Shown in pieces: positions 24,096-27,490 of a stretch of DNA of 27,490 bases. Below the pieces are notes generated by a model. The model ran no database searches. It saw only the letters and a list, made by a program, of their open reading frames with translations, and was not told the origin of the DNA. Positions within the stretch are counted from its first letter, which is position 1. The number at the start of each line of letters is the position of its first letter. This stretch comes from a virus. The DNA lies in the IMG/VR virus record IMGVR_UViG_3300025159_000682, positions 1-27,490 of that record, one strand, 5' to 3'. Both the position numbers and the translations under genes were made by a program.

Positions 24096-24558
24096 GCGAC
24101 TCACCTCGTACCTTAGGGCGGACGGGATCGCAGGAGTAAATCGGCTTCTTCTTTGTCAAAGCAGTCACGGCCTTCGCTGCTTGTTCGAGCCTGATGACGT
24201 TCTCGGCCCTTTCCTCCTCGGTCAACTCCACCTCTCGATATTCGGTGATCTCGCACTTGAAGGCACCTTGAAGTTCATAGACTGCGGTGATGCCGTTCAG
24301 ATCCAGTGTACCTTCGAGGTTGACGCTGGGCGGCTCACCTTTCGCGATGAGGGGGCCAAAGATTCCCTTGCAGGTTCGGATGGCTTCGACCCGCTTGGCG
24401 TCGATGTCTGCGAACATGAAATGGCTGAAGTGGATCGTATTGGCCCAGTTGTCTACGTAGAAGCTGTCTACGTAGTCGAGGTCGAGCCCTTGTTCGACTA
24501 GGGAATCGACAATGGGGCCAATCTTTTTGATGTATTCGAGTCTTTCCTTGGGATTCAT
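24082..24558 (-). CDS. Hypothetical protein, 158 aa
   Basis: AAGGA RBS before ATG24558. C-terminal GAFKCEITEYREV...KPIYSC motif. Confidence 0.7.
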   Translation of the reverse strand: MNPKERLEYIKKIGPIVDSLVEQGLDLDYVDSFYVDNWANTIHFSHFMFADIDAKRVEAIRTCKGIFGPLIAKGEPPSVNLEGTLDLNGITAVYELQGAFKCEITEYREVELTEEERAENVIRLEQAAKAVTALTKKKPIYSCDPVRPKVRGESHGDF

Positions 24559-24635
24559 TTTTTGTTTCCTTCGTAGATGATGGCGATGATGGAAAGGATG
24601 GTGCAGAGTACGAGGGACGCAATAATACCCCTCAT
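24555..24635 (-). CDS. 26-aa membrane micropeptide MRGIIASLVLCTILSIIAIIYEGNKK
   Basis: GAGGA RBS, ATGA overlap with the next gene, one hydrophobic helix. Confidence 0.6.
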   Translation of the reverse strand: MRGIIASLVLCTILSIIAIIYEGNKK

Positions 24636-24707
24636 TCAAGGTCCTCTGCGGGCGACGTTTCTGTCGAAGCGGAGGTGCAGTTTTATGTGGTGTCCGTCAA
24701 TCATCAT
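24636..24707 (-). CDS. 23-aa micropeptide MMIDGHHIKLHLRFDRNVARRGP
   Basis: ATGA overlap upstream, AAGGA RBS, stop abuts the next ATG. Confidence 0.4.
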   Translation of the reverse strand: MMIDGHHIKLHLRFDRNVARRGP

Positions 24708-24922
24708 TTCTCGTTATCCTTTCTCTCGCTGTGAAACGAAAGGCCCGCCTTGTTCGCGGCCTTGAGGGCACGCGCGATGGCGCGCTGCTGGTGGTAAACC
24801 TCCCACCGCTCACGAAAGGTAGCGGTTGGGAAGGCGGCCAGAAACGCCCGAACCGCTGCGGCTGGCGACCAAGGGGCCGGGATGTGGCGGTAGATCCAGT
24901 TGGAGATTTCGCCTGGTGTCAT
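24704..24922 (-). CDS. Hypothetical protein, 72 aa
   Basis: Fits the gene chain; Ala-rich and helical. Confidence 0.6.
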   Translation of the reverse strand: MTPGEISNWIYRHIPAPWSPAAAVRAFLAAFPTATFRERWEVYHQQRAIARALKAANKAGLSFHSERKDNEK

Positions 24923-24931
24923 GGGGTAGTT

Positions 24932-25228
24932 TTACCTAAAACGGGGACTGTCTTCGTCGGTGCAGGAACACTCACGAAGAGGCATTTTGTGAACTACGCA
25001 GACACAATCCTGGTAGAAGAGGTGCTCGTGTCGATGAACCCAGCGAACCCAGCGAACCCAGCGAACCGATCCAGATTCGCTCTTTGAGAGGATCTTCTGG
25101 CCTCTATAAGTGGTGCCGATCGGGATAGAGCCTCCACAGAAGTCGCAGACGTGAGGCTTCCGCGCGGCCTTGGTGCGGAGAGGCCAGTAGTGGCACGCGA
25201 CGTGATCTGGTTCGTAGTTGTCGGTCAT
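24932..25228 (-). CDS. Zinc-finger protein, 98 aa
   Basis: GAGGAG RBS. ARKPHVCDFCG..I..G..Y motif plus C-terminal H..C and CxC. Confidence 0.7.
   Translation of the reverse strand: MTDNYEPDHVACHYWPLRTKAARKPHVCDFCGGSIPIGTTYRGQKILSKSESGSVRWVRWVRWVHRHEHLFYQDCVCVVHKMPLRECSCTDEDSPRFR
25036..25067. repeat. 9-bp tandem repeat x3.5 encoding VRW-VRW-VRW
   Basis: GAACCCAGC x3 plus GAACC. Confidence 0.9.
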
Positions 25229-25231
25229 GGT

Positions 25232-25477
25232 TCAGTTCTCCTCATACGCGACGAGTGAATTGAGTGGAAGGAATCGACCCCCGGCCGTCTCCACCATGTG
25301 ACCGATCCAGATGTTTTTGCCATCGACTCGGATGGGGCCGAAAGCAACAACGGTAGCGTCTTCCTGGGACGCGACAAGCGTCTCTGCGTTGATGGAGATG
25401 ATTCGAACGCGAGTCCCTTTGAGCGGCGGAGGCCATCCCATCGGAGTCCAATCGCGGAGGGTAGTCTTGATGATCAC
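25232..25477 (-). CDS. Hypothetical protein, 81 aa (beta-rich, possibly SH3-like)
   Basis: GTG25477 overlaps the upstream TGA; GAGGAG RBS. Confidence 0.65.
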   Translation of the reverse strand: MIIKTTLRDWTPMGWPPPLKGTRVRIISINAETLVASQEDATVVAFGPIRVDGKNIWIGHMVETAGGRFLPLNSLVAYEEN

Positions 25478-25680
25478 GACTTCTCCTCTTCTTCTTGAAG
25501 GGGGCGAACGTAGTTGGGCTGATCCTCGCCGGCCACTTGGCGAAGTGACCAAGCCTTAGCTTCGGCTTCAAGGCCAAGCAACTCGCGCACGAGCTCGGCG
25601 ATTCTTTGGAGCGCTTTTAGTTCGGCGTCTCTGGCCGCCTCGAGCTCGGCCTTGAGTTTGCGGATGGTCCTGGTGCTCAT
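25474..25680 (-). CDS. Coiled-coil hypothetical protein, 68 aa
   Basis: GAGGA RBS; heptad-like L/A pattern. Confidence 0.7.
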   Translation of the reverse strand: MSTRTIRKLKAELEAARDAELKALQRIAELVRELLGLEAEAKAWSLRQVAGEDQPNYVRPLQEEEEKS

Positions 25681-25768
25681 TCTACTTCCTCAGTTGTTTG
25701 CGTAGCCAGTTGATGATCGAGGGGCGCCACGTACCGGACTTGAGCAGCTTCTCGAGCGCCTTGATCTC

Positions 25769-25797
25769 ATTGTCGCTCATTCGACCACGTTTGTCAA
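25769..25797 (-). promoter_or_regulatory. sigma70-type promoter
   Basis: TTGACA (25797-25792), 17 nt, GACAAT (25774-25769). Confidence 0.6.
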
Positions 25798-25860
25798 CCC
25801 GCTGGAAAATTCCCCAGACCTTCAGCCTTCAGTCTGGGGCTGGATTCCAGGGTACCAGCT

Positions 25861-25896
25861 GAAACGGCCGGAGGTGGCGGTCCCTCCGGCCGTCTC
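25861..25896 (-). terminator. Hairpin terminator after the 83-aa gene
   Basis: ACGGCCGGAGG / CCTCCGGCCGT 11-bp stem (14 with G-U on the - strand), short U tract. Confidence 0.55.
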
Positions 25897-25913
25897 GGGA
25901 ATGGGAGAGCGGC

Positions 25914-26165
25914 TTAGTCTGTGGGCTGCTCGTTGACGAGCCTCTGGGCCTCTTCGCCACACTCTGTGGCGGCGCGGATGATGCGGATGGCAGATTTGTG
26001 AACCTCGTTGTCCGGGGTTTCAAGCATTTGCGCGAGCAAAAGTGAGAGGCTTGCGAGCGCCTCGGCCCTCGGGGCGGGGACTGTGATGGTTAGGTGGATG
26101 AGGGTCCAATGCGCGTTTTCTGGACTTCGCGCCACGCTGTCGATGGTAGAATTCGCGAGGATCAT
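25914..26165 (-). CDS. Early hypothetical protein, 83 aa
   Basis: Directly downstream of a near-consensus promoter; AAGGA RBS. Confidence 0.7.
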   Translation of the reverse strand: MILANSTIDSVARSPENAHWTLIHLTITVPAPRAEALASLSLLLAQMLETPDNEVHKSAIRIIRAATECGEEAQRLVNEQPTD

Positions 26166-26206
26166 GGGGGTTGCTTCCTTGTGGTTGGGGTGACCGAACC
26201 TGAGGG

Positions 26207-26235
26207 ATTGTACCGTATGGGGGGTGGCGTGTCAA
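26207..26235 (-). promoter_or_regulatory. Near-consensus sigma70 promoter
   Basis: TTGACA (26235-26230), 17 nt, TACAAT (26212-26207). Confidence 0.85.
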
Positions 26236-26259
26236 TGGGCTTGGGTGCGCTGAGGAGCT

Positions 26260-26289
26260 TAGGTTACCGACCGTAGGTTACCGACCGTA
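26260..26289. repeat. 14-bp perfect tandem repeat upstream of the promoter
   Basis: TAGGTTACCGACCG x2 plus TA, about 25 nt upstream of the -35 box. Confidence 0.85.
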
Positions 26290-26389
26290 CCGCCCTCCCG
26301 TCCGTCCGCTCGGCCGGGTGGCGGAGGGTTGGGTGGGTCGGAGGCCCCTTGCAAGATTCGGGCCGACGGGACGTTGCGGGGTTAGGGGC

Positions 26390-26426
26390 CTCGTGCGGCT
26401 CATTTCCCTCATTGGTCTCATTGCAC
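26390..26426 (+). repeat. 9-bp-period CTCATT array (left)
   Basis: CTCATT at 26399, 26408 and 26417; degenerate CTCGTG at 26390. Confidence 0.75.
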
Positions 26427-26560
26427 GGGTGGGGGCCCGTTTCGGGCGGGGGCCAAAACCCTCGGCGGCGTCTTCTTCTTATAGGGAAAAGGGGGGGGGA
26501 GATCCCCTAAGGGCGCCGCGCTAGCAACCCTCATGCCAACCCGGCACGGTGGACGGGGCG

Positions 26561-26612
26561 GATTAGTGCAATGAGGCGAATGAGGCAAATGAGGCAAATG
26601 AGATCGCTAATC
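26561..26612 (-). repeat. 9-bp-period AATGAG array (right), inverted relative to the left array
   Basis: AATGAG at 26570, 26579, 26588 and 26597. GTGCAATGAG (26566-26575) is the exact reverse complement of CTCATTGCAC (26417-26426). Confidence 0.85.
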
Positions 26613-26755
26613 CCGCGATATTGCGTTCCTAGCACGCACCATGCCGTCCCTTCGGTCTGGCTCCCCGCCGCGCGGCCACACAAGAGGCGCGAAACCCACG
26701 GCCCCTGCGGCCAAAAATCCCCCACAGGGCGCGAACCTTGGGGCAGCGTTTTGCC

Positions 26756-26795
26756 AAAAGAAACGGCCCGGCAGTGGGTGAGCCTGCCGGGCCGT
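26756..26795 (-). terminator. Intrinsic terminator after the first early gene
   Basis: 12-bp stem ACGGCCCGGCAG / CTGCCGGGCCGT, 9-nt loop, TTCTTTT. Confidence 0.85.
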
Positions 26796-26811
26796 CCGGG
26801 GGGCGCAACGC

Positions 26812-27258
26812 CTAGTCGGAGATCTTGTCGAACCCCACGTTGTGGAGTCGCACCATGTTCTCCGCCCACGCCTTGACGGCCGCCGGTTCGCCAAGCTTCT
26901 TCGCCTTGACGATGGCGTTCAGCCCGGCCCAGTCCTTGATCGTCGCGGGCTTCTTGATTTTCGCGAGCGCGGCGACGCGATCCCGCGCGGTCTTGAAGAC
27001 GGGCTCGACTCGAGCGCCGAACCCTCCGGCCGGGACGGTCCCCGCCATCAGCGCAGCATGGCGCCGCTTCGATCCTTCAAGAAGCTTCGCAGGGTCCGCA
27101 CCCGCATCGTCCACCGATTGCTTGAGCCCGTAGGCGACAAGGTACTCGGCGACTGCGGCGGGAATCGATTTCCCGCTGAGCGTCACCGAGCCTTTCACCT
27201 CGACCGTGGTATCGGGAATGTGGCCAGTTTTGAATCGTCGGAATTCAACCGTTGTCAT
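26812..27258 (-). CDS. First early gene, 148 aa, possibly an N4 gp2-like ssDNA-binding protein
   Basis: GAGGTG RBS, own promoter and terminator. YGLKQSVDDA motif and Lys/Ala-rich tail. The gp2 resemblance is from memory. Confidence 0.7.
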   Translation of the reverse strand: MTTVEFRRFKTGHIPDTTVEVKGSVTLSGKSIPAAVAEYLVAYGLKQSVDDAGADPAKLLEGSKRRHAALMAGTVPAGGFGARVEPVFKTARDRVAALAKIKKPATIKDWAGLNAIVKAKKLGEPAAVKAWAENMVRLHNVGFDKISD

Positions 27259-27270
27259 TGCAGCACCTCA

Positions 27271-27289
27271 TGCACCGTTGATTGGTGCA
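27271..27289. promoter_or_regulatory. Operator-like palindrome over the predicted +1 site
   Basis: TGCACC-gttgatt-GGTGCA; shares CACCAATCA with the terminal array. Confidence 0.45.
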
Positions 27290-27294
27290 GCGTC

Positions 27295-27323
27295 AGTTTG
27301 GCAAACGGCGCGCCCGGCGTCAA
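27295..27323 (-). promoter_or_regulatory. sigma70-type early promoter
   Basis: TTGACG (27323-27318), 17 nt, CAAACT (27300-27295). Confidence 0.6.
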
Positions 27324-27360
27324 GGGAAAAATTCCTACCCCAACCACCATGCGCCCCGAA

Positions 27361-27384
27361 CTGGATCGGCCCCACTGGATCGGC
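27361..27384. repeat. 10-bp direct repeat, 14-bp period
   Basis: CTGGATCGGC at 27361 and 27375. Confidence 0.8.
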
Positions 27385-27385
27385 T

Positions 27386-27461
27386 CTACACCAATTGGTG
27401 TAGCCTACACCAACCTGTGTCCCCTACACCAATCAGTGTAGCCTACACCAATCAGTGTAGC
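27386..27461. repeat. Four tandem 19-bp units, each an 18-bp (im)perfect palindrome CTACAC-N6-GTGTAG
   Basis: Units at 27386 (perfect palindrome CTACACCAATTGGTGTAG), 27405 (degenerate), 27424 and 27443 (identical to each other). Confidence 0.95.
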
Positions 27462-27490
27462 CCACCTCAACCGAATCCACCCCCACCCCC

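Noticed and set aside
25682-25780. 32-aa ORF MSDNEIKALEKLLKSGTWRPSIINWLRKQLRK
   Set aside because: Protein-like and abuts the next start, but has no RBS and a good promoter -10 lies inside it. It may be a gene remnant; left uncalled.
26378-26388. Telomere-like GGGGTTAGGGG
   Set aside because: Single copy in a G-skewed region; expected by chance.
26531-26869. 112-aa ORF containing LICLICLIRLIALIR
   Set aside because: No RBS, crosses a terminator, and the Leu-Ile-x pattern is the translation of the 9-bp DNA repeat; the mirror + strand ORF shows the same pattern.
27386-27461. CRISPR mini-array
   Set aside because: Units are directly adjacent with no unique spacers. The 25-bp repeat at 21150 fails for the same reason. 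The Cas4-like nuclease sits in a recombination context.
1-27490. tRNA/rRNA genes, integrase, transposase, reverse transcriptase/DGR, RNA polymerase
   Set aside because: No T-loop/cloverleaf in intergenic DNA and no catalytic motifs seen by eye. A tRNAscan-SE, Infernal or HMM run would be needed to exclude them formally.

Overview
This window is about half of a dsDNA tailed-phage genome, most likely a lytic, short-tailed (podovirus-type) phage. The host cannot be identified, though a Gram-negative is plausible. Bases 1-7734 (+ strand) hold the end of the virion module: a tail-fibre C-terminus, a GNAT-like assembly protein, three ejection/internal virion proteins and a 28-aa Lys/Gly peptide. 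Bases 7835-27258 (- strand) hold what appears to be the whole early/replication arm. It runs from sigma70-type promoters and a palindromic repeat array at the right end through many small genes, a UvrD helicase, an exported Cys-rich beta-helix cassette, an M15 endolysin with membrane micropeptides, a nuclease/Sak4-like ATPase/SSB trio, a ParB-HTH-DNA methyltransferase fusion, a UDG-exonuclease fusion, a small NDT-like gene, a family A polymerase and a DUF3987/MCM-like helicase. The most striking observation is a split DNA polymerase. Proofreading motifs ExoI and ExoII lie at the C-terminus of the UDG protein, ExoIII lies at the N-terminus of the polymerase, and a third gene sits between them. 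The polymerase also has His at the 762-equivalent position. I found no primase, RNA polymerase, integrase, tRNA or CRISPR array. All family assignments come from reading motifs by eye; no database search was run.
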